Virus record (IMG/VR): IMGVR_UViG_3300027785_000072
Coordinates: 1 to 33,313 of that record
Source of the DNA: a virus
Taxonomy: Duplodnaviria; Caudoviricetes
Length of the DNA: 33,313 bases
Strand: one strand, 5' to 3'
Part shown: piece by piece, positions 10,828-19,718 of the stretch
Numbering within the stretch: the stretch's first letter is position 1
How the letters are laid out: each line of letters starts with the position of its first letter
The notes under the pieces: model-generated
Database searches by the model: none
What the model saw: the letters and a program-made list of their open reading frames with translations, nothing else
What the model was told of the DNA's origin: nothing
Made by a program: the position numbers and the translations under genes

Positions 10828-10835
10828 CAAAGTTA
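10828..10835 (-). promoter_or_regulatory. Bacteroidota -7 promoter box TAACTTTG
   Basis: Matches TAnnTTTG, 5 nt upstream of the ATG and just after a terminator. Confidence 0.6.
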
Positions 10836-10839
10836 CAAT

Positions 10840-10869
10840 AAAAAAAGGGTGCAACCGTAGCCACACCCT
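10840..10869 (-). terminator. Intrinsic terminator
   Basis: AGGGTGTGGC-TACG-GTTGCACCCT followed by a T run. Confidence 0.85.
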
Positions 10870-10894
10870 AATTTATCCTTTCTAAAGATAGTTA

Positions 10895-11056
10895 TCACTT
10901 CTTAGTTGAACGCTTCTTAACCCCTTTATTCGCCAATTCAAACGCTACCTTAACCACGTTGGGCTTGATATGTTTGAACAACAAATAAGCGTCTTTTAAC
11001 GACTTGTCAGTTAATTGCTCAACTGCAAATTGTGTGTTACCAACTTGAACGTACAT
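10895..11056 (-). CDS. Small protein after the major tail gene (53 aa)
   Basis: Not in the track. MYVQVGNTQFAVEQL...RSTKK; its ATG overlaps the tail-tube stop (TAATG). Confidence 0.75.
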   Translation of the reverse strand: MYVQVGNTQFAVEQLTDKSLKDAYLLFKHIKPNVVKVAFELANKGVKKRSTKK

Positions 11057-11958
11057 TATACTTCAGTGTAAGATACTTCACCGTCAAAACCTGCTTTAGA
11101 TACACTTAAAACCATTGCATCACCAGTTCCAGGAGTTGTATAAGTAGCAACGTATTCACCGATTGTACTCAAACTTTCAGTAACCGTTAAAGGCGTTACA
11201 GCAACCCCATTAGCCGTTAAAGTCCAATCAACAGAAAGTGCACCACTGTATGAAATCGGGTTTAAAGCCGTTCCATAATCAAGCGCAGCTGTGAAAGTCA
11301 AAGAACCTGCAGCAATAGTAACAGCTGTTAAATTCACATCAATAAGACCTGTTAAGTCATTGAAATTAATTCCTGCCTCAGTTGGTGTAATCATGTACAT
11401 TGTAGACTCATCGAATAAACGATCAAAGTCAAATCCTAACATAATTTTTTGCGTAGTTGAATCAGTTGCAAATGTGAATGTCGGGTTGAAACTTGGATTA
11501 TCAACAGCAATAGGATACAAAGCATCACCTACTTTAGAACCTACTAAATTACCGTTAATGTCAACGATATAAACACCGAAATCTACACAACGATTATTTT
11601 GAAGTTTACCCAACAATGTTGGAGTTGAATCATCTGCCCAAAGTTCACCTGCAAAACTTCTTTTACCTTGTCTAAGGAATACCATACGCCCACTGTTTGC
11701 CTCTTCGAATTGGCTATCAGCTTTAGGCATTTCAACGTTCTCGAAGTTTGGAAGTGGAAACCATCTTTTAGTTGCATCTACTTCGTTGATTAAATCCGCC
11801 CACGTTGGAAGTGGTGAAGTCAAATCAATAAAATTTGCTGTTCCATCTGCTCCAAACAAAGGGACCATTATTAACTTACTTGTTACGCTTTGAAGTGGTA
11901 CGCAATTAGGTCTTCCCGTGTTGCTTAAGCCGCTTGCGCAATTACATCCTATACTCAT
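11056..11958 (-). CDS. Major tail (tube) protein (300 aa)
   Basis: Size, position, beta-rich composition, Ig-like C-terminal region. Confidence 0.75.
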   Translation of the reverse strand: MSIGCNCASGLSNTGRPNCVPLQSVTSKLIMVPLFGADGTANFIDLTSPLPTWADLINEVDATKRWFPLPNFENVEMPKADSQFEEANSGRMVFLRQGKRSFAGELWADDSTPTLLGKLQNNRCVDFGVYIVDINGNLVGSKVGDALYPIAVDNPSFNPTFTFATDSTTQKIMLGFDFDRLFDESTMYMITPTEAGINFNDLTGLIDVNLTAVTIAAGSLTFTAALDYGTALNPISYSGALSVDWTLTANGVAVTPLTVTESLSTIGEYVATYTTPGTGDAMVLSVSKAGFDGEVSYTEV

Positions 11959-11979
11959 AATTTTTGTTTTTTTAATTAA

Positions 11980-12660
11980 TTAACATTTACAATTTTCCTT
12001 ATACTTTGTGAGCGTAATTCTTAACTCTACCCCCGATAAATTTGCGTCTAAAATGTTTTGGAACATTCCGTTTTCTTGTTCAACTCCGAACCTCGTAAAT
12101 TCGATAATCTCCCAATCTTCAATGGTTTTAAAATTTCTATTTCTGTTTATGGTCTCAATAAACTCCTTTGCGAGTTGCTCCATTGGGTAAACAACTTGCG
12201 TAATATGGTCAGCAGTGTAATAATTAGCTACATCGGTCTCATCTAAGAAGAAGATACGCACTGAACTTTCAATGTCGATAGTGCTTTCACGCCCAAACTG
12301 TTTATAATTCAAAGAACCAAGCAGCCAAATAATTGGCGTTTTAGCCGTGACATCGTTACTTAAGATTGTCCATTCTCTGTTGGTTGCCTTTTTAGTTCCG
12401 TGAATAAAAAACGGTTGTGGTAAATTAATTACACCGTCCAAATCTATCAAATCAACATTTTGACCTACTAGATAATTATTCTCATCAATTTCAGTGATTA
12501 AAAACTCGTCACCATTTGAATTAGTAACTTTCTTCCCTACACGTGCCCATTTAGTATTACAACTTAATGTTTTATCAACATCAAATGTTCCATCAATAGT
12601 TGAATCCATCTGAGAAACAACATTAGCAATAATAGTTGATAGTTCATTGATCATATCCAA
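11980..12660 (-). CDS. Putative tail terminator/neck protein (226 aa)
   Basis: Between the adaptor and the tail tube; C-terminal LSGVELRITL. Confidence 0.55.
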   Translation of the reverse strand: MDMINELSTIIANVVSQMDSTIDGTFDVDKTLSCNTKWARVGKKVTNSNGDEFLITEIDENNYLVGQNVDLIDLDGVINLPQPFFIHGTKKATNREWTILSNDVTAKTPIIWLLGSLNYKQFGRESTIDIESSVRIFFLDETDVANYYTADHITQVVYPMEQLAKEFIETINRNRNFKTIEDWEIIEFTRFGVEQENGMFQNILDANLSGVELRITLTKYKENCKC

Positions 12661-13397
12661 TAAGCTGTTTGTTTCTGAAAACCATTAAAAGTGTTGAAGT
12701 GACCTTTTCCAATATACGTTACCGTAAACGTTCCAAGTCCATCGCCACCCGTAACCGTTACTACTTCGTTAAGTTGATAATTGCTACCTGCTGCGTTAAC
12801 TGTTCCTGACTCGATTAAACTACCATCTGTTAAAATATCAAGCGTCAACCCACTACCAAACGTAGCTGTAGTTGGAACGTTCAAAGCATCTACATAAGTA
12901 CTCCCTGCATTCAATAGCTCAACTGTGACCGCTTGACCCGTTACAATAGTCATATTTACTTGTATGTACGTTTGAATAGCCTTGTAACTTCGAATCGCTT
13001 CGTTATAACGTGCATAAATCATTGAGTAAAGCGTGCTTACTGGCTCTGAATTTTCACTAATTGGTCGAACATTTCCGTACGGAGTCATTTGATTAATCAA
13101 ATCTTTCGAGTATTCAAAGTAAATAAAGCCTTTCAACATCTCTTTTATACCATCTGAAATAATCAACTGTCTAAACGTTAAATTCTCATAGAACGGATTA
13201 AACACCTTTAGAAAGTTAGGCGACTGTGGCACGTTTGCCAACAAATCATCTGCGAATTCAGTGTATAAATTAGCTCCGAATAGTTCGATTAAATAGCGTT
13301 TTTCGTACTTGTCGATGTAGTCCTGCAATTTAACAGTGTCATACATACCAGTACTAAGTTGATATTTGCCCGTGAAATCAGAAATAGTTACAATCAT
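12651..13397 (-). CDS. Putative head-tail adaptor with an inserted beta domain (248 aa)
   Basis: Position after the capsid gene; helical N-terminal part (LQDYIDKYEKRYLIELFG, GIKEMLKGFIYFEY). Confidence 0.6.
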   Translation of the reverse strand: MIVTISDFTGKYQLSTGMYDTVKLQDYIDKYEKRYLIELFGANLYTEFADDLLANVPQSPNFLKVFNPFYENLTFRQLIISDGIKEMLKGFIYFEYSKDLINQMTPYGNVRPISENSEPVSTLYSMIYARYNEAIRSYKAIQTYIQVNMTIVTGQAVTVELLNAGSTYVDALNVPTTATFGSGLTLDILTDGSLIESGTVNAAGSNYQLNEVVTVTGGDGLGTFTVTYIGKGHFNTFNGFQKQTAYWI

Positions 13398-13400
13398 TAC

Positions 13401-13703
13401 TTATTTTTTTAGTTTTCCGAAACCTCTTTTCAAGAATTGCTTAAGCATCTCACCGCTAATTTTGAATATTGCGCCCTTCGGCAAGTGCTTTGATTGTCCG
13501 TTACCTTCAAATTCATAAATCACTTTGTCATCAAATTCAATTGTTGCTCTAACACCTTCACTATCCTTTTCATAATGCACATCAATAATTCGAGTATCCA
13601 GGTCTATTTCTGTTCCTGTAACGTCTCTTTTCACTGTTATTTCGGCATCGTTAACGTTTAATTTAACGTTTAAATCCTTTTTTTTACGAGTCTTTCTTTC
13701 CAT
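13401..13703 (-). CDS. Hypothetical protein (100 aa)
   Basis: ORF between capsid and adaptor with its own TAAATTTG box at 13708-13715. Confidence 0.7.
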   Translation of the reverse strand: MERKTRKKKDLNVKLNVNDAEITVKRDVTGTEIDLDTRIIDVHYEKDSEGVRATIEFDDKVIYEFEGNGQSKHLPKGAIFKISGEMLKQFLKRGFGKLKK

Positions 13704-13714
13704 TGTGCAAATTT

Positions 13715-13741
13715 AAAAGGGGGGTTAAGAACTCAACCCCC
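13715..13741 (-). terminator. Intrinsic terminator after the capsid gene
   Basis: GGGGGTTGA-GTTC-TTAACCCCC then CTTTT. Confidence 0.8.
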
Positions 13742-13753
13742 GTTATTTTTTAA

Positions 13754-14953
13754 TTATGGTGCAACTTCTAAAGCAGCAATTGCAGTAGCGATATTTCCGT
13801 CAACGAATGCAGGATAGTCGTTCTCCTTAACATATTGAACTAATCTAGCTTCAGCAAGAATTGTAACCATATTACGTTGGAAATCGTCATTTACATAACC
13901 AACTTGTACATTCATTGCCTCACGCATTCTTACGTTAGATTTTGTGAAATCACCTACTAAGAAAGTACCTGCAACCATATTAGTAGTTGGAACAACGATC
14001 AAGTTTGCAACCTTATTAACGTCCATCAAGAACATTGGATAAGTATACTCACCTGCAGTAGTTTTAGTCAATTGCATAGCAGCAATATCAGCAGGGTGTA
14101 AAACAACGTGCGTAGGCTCAAAGTTAGCACCTTGAATTTGTGAAATAGCTACTCTAATAACATCAGAAATATTAGGTTTCACTACACTAGCAGCAAATGT
14201 ACCAGCTGAGAAAGTAACTGAATTAGTCAAGATACCATTGATACCACCAACAGCACCGTTCAATAACGCCGCTTCGATAGCCTGGTCAATTGAAGCCATT
14301 AAGTCAGTATTGATTTCCGATTGAACAAAAGATAAATCAGCAAGCATTTCCTTAGAAATCTTTACAGTACCTGCGATTTTCTTAACCTCTTCTGAAATCT
14401 CTTCGTAAGATGGTTGTCCTGAAATTTTACTACCTGCTTCGTCTACCCATTCAGAAACAGTTTGAACTTTTTGAGAGATATAAGTAACAAACTTTGAGTT
14501 AGTGATACCCATATTAACGATGTCACGAATCTTGATTATCGGACGAGCAATTTTAGATACTCCCGCCTCCAATGTAGACAATGCGATGTTACCAGTGTAA
14601 TCACCATCGATAGTTGTATCATAAAGAGCTTTAGTTTCAAGACTCATCATACCGCCTTTTTCAGCAGTTTCCTTGATTTTGTCGATGTTAGAAACATACG
14701 CTTGAGAGATTGCCTCCCCTAATGAACGTGGTTTACGCTCAGATTTGAAACCTTTTTCTGAGATTGCTTCCATTTTACCCTCGAATCTAGCTATTGCTTT
14801 CTCGATTTCTTGACTCTTAACCTCTAATGCTTTTAGAGCGTCTACATCATTCTTAAGACCGTCAAAGTCTCCTTTAGTTGGCATTGTAGCCAAAGTTGCA
14901 TTGAACTTTTCGTTGATTTTTTCAACTACTTGTTCTGGTGTTAAATTTTCCAT
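13754..14953 (-). CDS. Major capsid protein, HK97 fold (399 aa)
   Basis: Coiled-coil delta domain; WVDEAGSK, KKIAGTVKISKEMLAD, DDFQRNMVTILAEARL motifs. Confidence 0.95.
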   Translation of the reverse strand: MENLTPEQVVEKINEKFNATLATMPTKGDFDGLKNDVDALKALEVKSQEIEKAIARFEGKMEAISEKGFKSERKPRSLGEAISQAYVSNIDKIKETAEKGGMMSLETKALYDTTIDGDYTGNIALSTLEAGVSKIARPIIKIRDIVNMGITNSKFVTYISQKVQTVSEWVDEAGSKISGQPSYEEISEEVKKIAGTVKISKEMLADLSFVQSEINTDLMASIDQAIEAALLNGAVGGINGILTNSVTFSAGTFAASVVKPNISDVIRVAISQIQGANFEPTHVVLHPADIAAMQLTKTTAGEYTYPMFLMDVNKVANLIVVPTTNMVAGTFLVGDFTKSNVRMREAMNVQVGYVNDDFQRNMVTILAEARLVQYVKENDYPAFVDGNIATAIAALEVAP

Positions 14954-14972
14954 ACTTTTTTTTTGTTTTTAG

Positions 14973-15722
14973 TTAAAATTTGTTTATTACTTCACTCCAA
15001 TTGAATGACTCAACTACTGTTATTGGCTCGATAATAGGCGAATGTTCTTTAACAAACGGTTCACTTTTTGCGAGTATAAGCATTTGACTATTCAAATATT
15101 TTAATTTCATTTCCATTTCATAAAGGCGTTCATCACTTCCCTTACCATTTGCGAGACCTTTAATAAGCAAATCAATATCATTCGAGATTTTAACCGCCTT
15201 ATCAATCTTATCTTCGCTTTTCATTACGTCAACTACATTTGTTTCACTATTAGCTCCAAACGTTACAGCAGAACCTTCATACAACTTAAGTTCTGAAATC
15301 ATCCAATAACCTTGAGCGGGCGCATTAACGTCGTCAATCCACTTCATCTTATCCTGTATGTACTGAAACCCGATTGAATGTTCACGAATAATACCGTCGT
15401 TGTAATCATTCCAAGCGTCCTCACCGATTTGACTATTGCCTAACTGACTAATCGCAAACAATCCGTAATCATCCTCTTGAAGCGTTAAAAACTTTCCGAT
15501 AGGTTTTTCCCAATCGTGCCAACGCAAATTAGCGATTTTACGATTAGAAGAACTTTCAGGACCACGTTCTTGTATTGACTTGGTAAACGCCCCTTTTTTA
15601 ATCATATCGTTATCTGAGTCTATATTATCGAACTTAGCTAAGTATATTGCTACTTGTCTCTTATCGGAGCTTATGTCCTTTATTTCGGCAGCCCCTTTTG
15701 TTTGGTATGTGTTTGATTTCAT
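14973..15722 (-). CDS. HK97-family prohead protease (249 aa)
   Basis: DSDNDMIKKGAF, WHDWEKPIG, EHSIGF, ELKLYEGSAVTFGAN. Confidence 0.93.
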   Translation of the reverse strand: MKSNTYQTKGAAEIKDISSDKRQVAIYLAKFDNIDSDNDMIKKGAFTKSIQERGPESSSNRKIANLRWHDWEKPIGKFLTLQEDDYGLFAISQLGNSQIGEDAWNDYNDGIIREHSIGFQYIQDKMKWIDDVNAPAQGYWMISELKLYEGSAVTFGANSETNVVDVMKSEDKIDKAVKISNDIDLLIKGLANGKGSDERLYEMEMKLKYLNSQMLILAKSEPFVKEHSPIIEPITVVESFNWSEVINKF

Positions 15723-15724
15723 AA

Positions 15725-17167
15725 TTAAAACGTTTGTGGTGTTTGTGGATTTTCAGGAGTTGCGGTTATCATTGATTCAGCAACAATACGGTCATATCCA
15801 TAATAATTTACCAAAGTATTAACCGCAATTTCATTAGTCATTTGTCCTGTTGCAACAGCTGTATTAAGTGAAATAATACCATTTAAACCTCCGACTGTTC
15901 CTCTCAATTCTGTTTGTGCTTGAATAAGTCCGTTTTGTTGCGCTTGTGCCTTGTCAATAGGTTCTAAAGTATAGCCAAATTCAGCAGCATATTGTTCCTT
16001 AGTGATAACACCATCTGTTAATAATAGGTTATAGGCAGTCACTTTCTCAGTTAACGCTTGATATTCTGCCAATTCGTCATCTTGTAGTACCGGCAAATGG
16101 TCGAAACAAGCCTCTATGCGTATGCCCTCTTTGTCCAATCCTAATTGGTGACAAATTGAATCATACATTTGCTGCGTTTCAGGAATAATTGTATCTGTGT
16201 AAACCATACGAATTGAATCCTTAACGTTGCTGAACGTGCTACCTTTTTCACTTGAGAATAAGTTAGCATTCATTCCGTAAGCATCTATAATAGCCATTTT
16301 GTCAGCGTTAAGCTCTTCAAATAGCATTAAATCTCTTGTAGGATATGACATCGATTGCCAATTAACTTGACTCTCAGTAATGATTATTTCGTCTTTTGAA
16401 CGGTTAAACCAATCCTTTTGAATCTCTCTTTTCTCTTCTGGAGTCATTGGTATTGCTCCACCTATATCACTATTTTGAGCAGATAAAATACCGATTGCAC
16501 CTATATTTTCTAATAGTACGTTTCGCTTATGGTAACTTGCCTTGATGTTCGATAAAGGATATTTCAGCGCATCGATTCGGCTTGTGGGTTTGATTATGTT
16601 CATTCCGTCTGTAGTAGTTAAATAAATAACATCTTCTACTGCCAAAGATTCGATTTCGTTGTCGTCGTACTCAAACTTATAACCTTCAATAAGACCGTTT
16701 ACGTCCATTTGTTTAAGCGTTTTACCACTCGTTTGAATTTGGATTTTGTTAGAAGGTAGCGGTACGAATAAGTTTCTTTGATTAAAAGTTCTTAAAGGGC
16801 AAAAGGCGAACGCATTTGAATACAACGCATCGTTAACCGATAGCGAATAAACAACATCTGACCAACTTTGAACGGGGTTTGGTCGATTAACCATATCTAA
16901 AAACCAATGCTCCGTGATTTCAACGTTATCTTTATCGTATAACTTCGGAATATTCGAACTCATCATTGAGGCACGCTTATCAATAACGGCTCTGAACTCT
17001 GGAATCGTTAGAAACCACTCCCAAGCGTTGTTAGTGTCAATCCAAATGGCGTTTTTTACACCCCACACTTGGTTCTGTATAGGCTTTAAGCGGTTGAATT
17101 GGTTTATGAATCTGTTTTGTTGACCGCTGTTAACGCCAAAAAACGATTCCCAAAAATTTATCTCCAT
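15725..17167 (-). CDS. Portal protein (480 aa)
   Basis: Between TerL and the protease; NRPNPVQSW and STFSNVKDS motifs of HK97-type portals. Confidence 0.92.
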   Translation of the reverse strand: MEINFWESFFGVNSGQQNRFINQFNRLKPIQNQVWGVKNAIWIDTNNAWEWFLTIPEFRAVIDKRASMMSSNIPKLYDKDNVEITEHWFLDMVNRPNPVQSWSDVVYSLSVNDALYSNAFAFCPLRTFNQRNLFVPLPSNKIQIQTSGKTLKQMDVNGLIEGYKFEYDDNEIESLAVEDVIYLTTTDGMNIIKPTSRIDALKYPLSNIKASYHKRNVLLENIGAIGILSAQNSDIGGAIPMTPEEKREIQKDWFNRSKDEIIITESQVNWQSMSYPTRDLMLFEELNADKMAIIDAYGMNANLFSSEKGSTFSNVKDSIRMVYTDTIIPETQQMYDSICHQLGLDKEGIRIEACFDHLPVLQDDELAEYQALTEKVTAYNLLLTDGVITKEQYAAEFGYTLEPIDKAQAQQNGLIQAQTELRGTVGGLNGIISLNTAVATGQMTNEIAVNTLVNYYGYDRIVAESMITATPENPQTPQTF

Positions 17168-17188
17168 CTGAATTGATTAGAATTTAAG

Positions 17189-17196
17189 CAAAGTTA
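17189..17196 (-). promoter_or_regulatory. -7 promoter box TAACTTTG upstream of the portal gene
   Basis: TAnnTTTG overlapping the TerL stop codon. Confidence 0.55.
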
Positions 17197-18552
17197 AGAC
17201 AATTTTTTAAACATTGATTGAACAAATATAGATAATCCACTTAAGCAGTCAGGAGCGTCGTCGTTTTTGTTCTTACCCTCCTTGCTAAATGATAGTACAT
17301 TTTGGATAAATAGCTCGCTTTGATTGTCACCATTACGTATAAAAATCATTGAATTCATTACGTGAGCACTTGCCATTATTATGCGTGTTATCTTATTTTG
17401 CGTGTTATGTACTTGTAATATTTTTGTCCGTGTTTGCGTCTGTAGTTGTCTACTGAACATTGCGCCCATACTATTCGACTCTACCCTACAATAACTTACG
17501 TTCCATTTATCCAACATCGCAGCCGTTTGAGGTATCGTTATATCGGTATTATCTCGAGTCATTAAATAGTCCACAATAAACAGCTGTTTCTTCACAATTG
17601 CGCAAATTGCAACTGACGTATAATCAGTACCTTGGTCACTAACGTCCACGTAGCCAAGACAACCCTCAATAGGGTTAGATTTCGTGATTTCGGCAAACTC
17701 CTCTTTTGATAAGAAATTAAGGTTATTAAACAACCGTCCTTTCATGTCAACGGGCTGTTGTTGGTATTCAGCTTCCCATATTTCAGGAGCTGTACGTTTC
17801 TTTTTTTCGATATATTCGGCTGTTGTTAGCACGTCCTCGCAAAATGACTCCCCTTGGTCATTCATAGCACTAACAATAATTGACTTGTCGTATATCTTTG
17901 ACTCAATATTGCGGCCTATAACGTCGTTTAAAGACCAACGTGTACCTATATCAATCCTGGCGCATCCACTCTCAAATCGTGAATCGTGTGTTGATTCCTT
18001 CCATTGATTGATTCTATCGTTCACAGTGTCACTTAGTGCATCTTCAATGCCTCGATATAAATCATCTGTTATCGCAACGTTACTTGCTCCAAACCCGATA
18101 ATAGTACCACCAACACCCGCACCAAAGTAACCTACTTGCTTACTTGTGTTAGTATTCCACCCTTGTAGATTCGATTTATCATCTGATAGGCTTACATTGG
18201 GGAATATTGAACGGTATTTGTCACTTTTCACTATTGCTCTAACGTCATAACTGAACTTTAAGAACAATGTAGCCGTGCAAGTGTTACGCATTACACTCTT
18301 AGTCGGATTTCTTCCGATTGTCCACGCACAGAATAACGAAGTGATATACGATTTACCAGCTCTTGGTGGCATTGAAACAGATAAACTTTTGATTATTTTC
18401 TCTTCAATCTCTTGAAAGGCATCCGCTATTTCTTTGAGGAACGGTCTATTTACGAAAAAAGTACGGTCATAAGCCAAACAAAACTCCCATAGTGAGCGTC
18501 TTGAAAGCTCATTTCTAAGCATTCGTTTAGCGTATTCCTTACGTTCATTCAT
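17194..18552 (-). CDS. terL: Terminase large subunit (452 aa)
   Basis: Walker A SMPPRAGKS, Walker B AITDD, GTRW, YQQQP; nuclease YVD...DY, VESN, NDDAPD. Confidence 0.95.
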   Translation of the reverse strand: MNERKEYAKRMLRNELSRRSLWEFCLAYDRTFFVNRPFLKEIADAFQEIEEKIIKSLSVSMPPRAGKSYITSLFCAWTIGRNPTKSVMRNTCTATLFLKFSYDVRAIVKSDKYRSIFPNVSLSDDKSNLQGWNTNTSKQVGYFGAGVGGTIIGFGASNVAITDDLYRGIEDALSDTVNDRINQWKESTHDSRFESGCARIDIGTRWSLNDVIGRNIESKIYDKSIIVSAMNDQGESFCEDVLTTAEYIEKKKRTAPEIWEAEYQQQPVDMKGRLFNNLNFLSKEEFAEITKSNPIEGCLGYVDVSDQGTDYTSVAICAIVKKQLFIVDYLMTRDNTDITIPQTAAMLDKWNVSYCRVESNSMGAMFSRQLQTQTRTKILQVHNTQNKITRIIMASAHVMNSMIFIRNGDNQSELFIQNVLSFSKEGKNKNDDAPDCLSGLSIFVQSMFKKLS

Positions 18553-18889
18553 CTTCCTTTAATAAGTCCCTTAATTCGTCCGTTGTAAGGTTTGAGAGGT
18601 CTATTTCAGTGTTCGTTTGCTCGATTTGTTGAACGGGTGCGCCATATCCTGAGTCCATCAATGCTTTGTATGCGTTAGTGTCGCCATCCCTTGCCTTTTT
18701 TATTTGCGCTAAAGTCATCAAATCTTCTTGACTTAACGTTTCATTGTCGCCAGTCAATGGATTCTTTAAGTTTTGATTTACCTCTAACCATTTCCGAGCG
18801 ATTGTGCTTCGATTCTTTGCGCCTTTTGGTCTTCCGTTTGGGTTTCCGCTTTCGCCTTGCTTAAATGGTATTAAATCTTCTTTACTCAT
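18545..18889 (-). CDS. terS: Terminase small subunit, DUF5681-type (114 aa)
   Basis: FKQGESGNPNGRPKG motif, directly upstream of TerL; start moved to ATG 18889. Confidence 0.85.
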   Translation of the reverse strand: MSKEDLIPFKQGESGNPNGRPKGAKNRSTIARKWLEVNQNLKNPLTGDNETLSQEDLMTLAQIKKARDGDTNAYKALMDSGYGAPVQQIEQTNTEIDLSNLTTDELRDLLKEDE

Positions 18890-18894
18890 GATAT

Positions 18895-18927
18895 TTTTGT
18901 TCTGTATTTGTTCTGTATTTGTTCTGT
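18895..18927. repeat. Three copies of an 11-bp tandem repeat (ATTTGTTCTGT)
   Basis: 18895-18905 (first base T), 18906-18916, 18917-18927. Confidence 0.9.
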
Positions 18928-18936
18928 TTTTTTTAT

Positions 18937-18944
18937 TATATTTG
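18937..18944 (+). promoter_or_regulatory. -7 promoter box TATATTTG for the tRNA-like RNA
   Basis: TAnnTTTG 10 nt upstream of the tRNA-like 5' end; no well-spaced -33 box found. Confidence 0.65.
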
Positions 18945-18954
18945 TCAAACAAAT

Positions 18955-19025
18955 GCGATATTAGTGTAATGGTTACATACTTAACATTCCAGTTGAGAGT
19001 TGGAGTTCGAATCTACCATATCGCT
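18955..19025 (+). tRNA. Non-canonical tRNA-Gly(TCC)-like RNA
   Basis: Acceptor GCGATAT/ATATCGC plus U73; T8A9; D-arm GTGT-AATGGTT-ACAT; anticodon arm CTTAAC-ATTCCA-GTTGAG; T-arm GGAG-TTCGAAT-CT(A)CC; no encoded CCA (CAA follows). Confidence 0.85.
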
Positions 19026-19718
19026 CAAATTAATAACCTTACGTTCTTGTAGGGTTATTTTTTTTCCTTTATACATACCTGCTCCCATTTCATCTATTTT
19101 GCTAAATGGTAATATAGGAACGGTTAATTTGCTATTCCTATCAATTAAATATATATATCTAATTTGGAATCCGTTTAACTTTTTACCTCCATTATCTTTT
19201 ATCCAATTTGTTCCGCTTTTACCGTTACTTTCTTTTGTTCTATGCGCTGAACTAGTTAAACTACAAACTACTTCGCCATTTGGCATTTGATACGTGCTTG
19301 TGTTTTTATTAACGCCTATTAATTGAAACCCACTTGCTCTATAAATTGTCCCATCACCGCACAAATTACCGTCTGAAAAACTTAATATCCATTTTATTTG
19401 GGGCGCATTTTTTTTAATTAATTTTATTGATATTGCTATACATCTACTTTCTGAATATTTAGGTAAATAGTCATCAAAAGCCATTCTATTCAATTCTATT
19501 ACTTCATTCCATTTCGTGTTTTCAACATAATGAATAACTTTTGATTTTACCATTGGGCTTCCATAACTCATCACACCATGTAACTCATTATCTAAAAAAC
19601 AACCAAAATGTAAATTACTATTTGGAACTACTTTACCGCTATAATGATGTTTCTTTACAAACTCATTAGCAATTTTTGAAGGTATTACTTTAACAATTAT
19701 TTCCTTTGCCCTGCCCAT
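18981..19718 (-). CDS. Mom-family (GNAT-like) DNA adenine hypermodification enzyme (245 aa)
   Basis: FVKKHHYS, ELNRMAF, ESRCI, ILSFSD, DGTIYRASGF, QIRYIYLI motifs typical of Mom-like proteins. Confidence 0.85.
   Translation of the reverse strand: MGRAKEIIVKVIPSKIANEFVKKHHYSGKVVPNSNLHFGCFLDNELHGVMSYGSPMVKSKVIHYVENTKWNEVIELNRMAFDDYLPKYSESRCIAISIKLIKKNAPQIKWILSFSDGNLCGDGTIYRASGFQLIGVNKNTSTYQMPNGEVVCSLTSSAHRTKESNGKSGTNWIKDNGGKKLNGFQIRYIYLIDRNSKLTVPILPFSKIDEMGAGMYKGKKITLQERKVINLSDMVDSNSNSQLEC
19032..19065 (+). terminator. Intrinsic terminator closing the tRNA-like transcript
   Basis: AATAACCTTAC-GTTCTT-GTAGGGTTATT with a T run to 19065. Confidence 0.8.

Noticed and set aside
11583-11777. 64-aa minus-strand ORF
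   Set aside because: It is an out-of-frame ORF nested in the major tail gene.
18955-19025. Ordinary decoding tRNA-Gly or an attP remnant
   Set aside because: The anticodon loop is not 7 nt and the T-stem is bulged. It is full length with its own promoter box and terminator, and no integrase is present.
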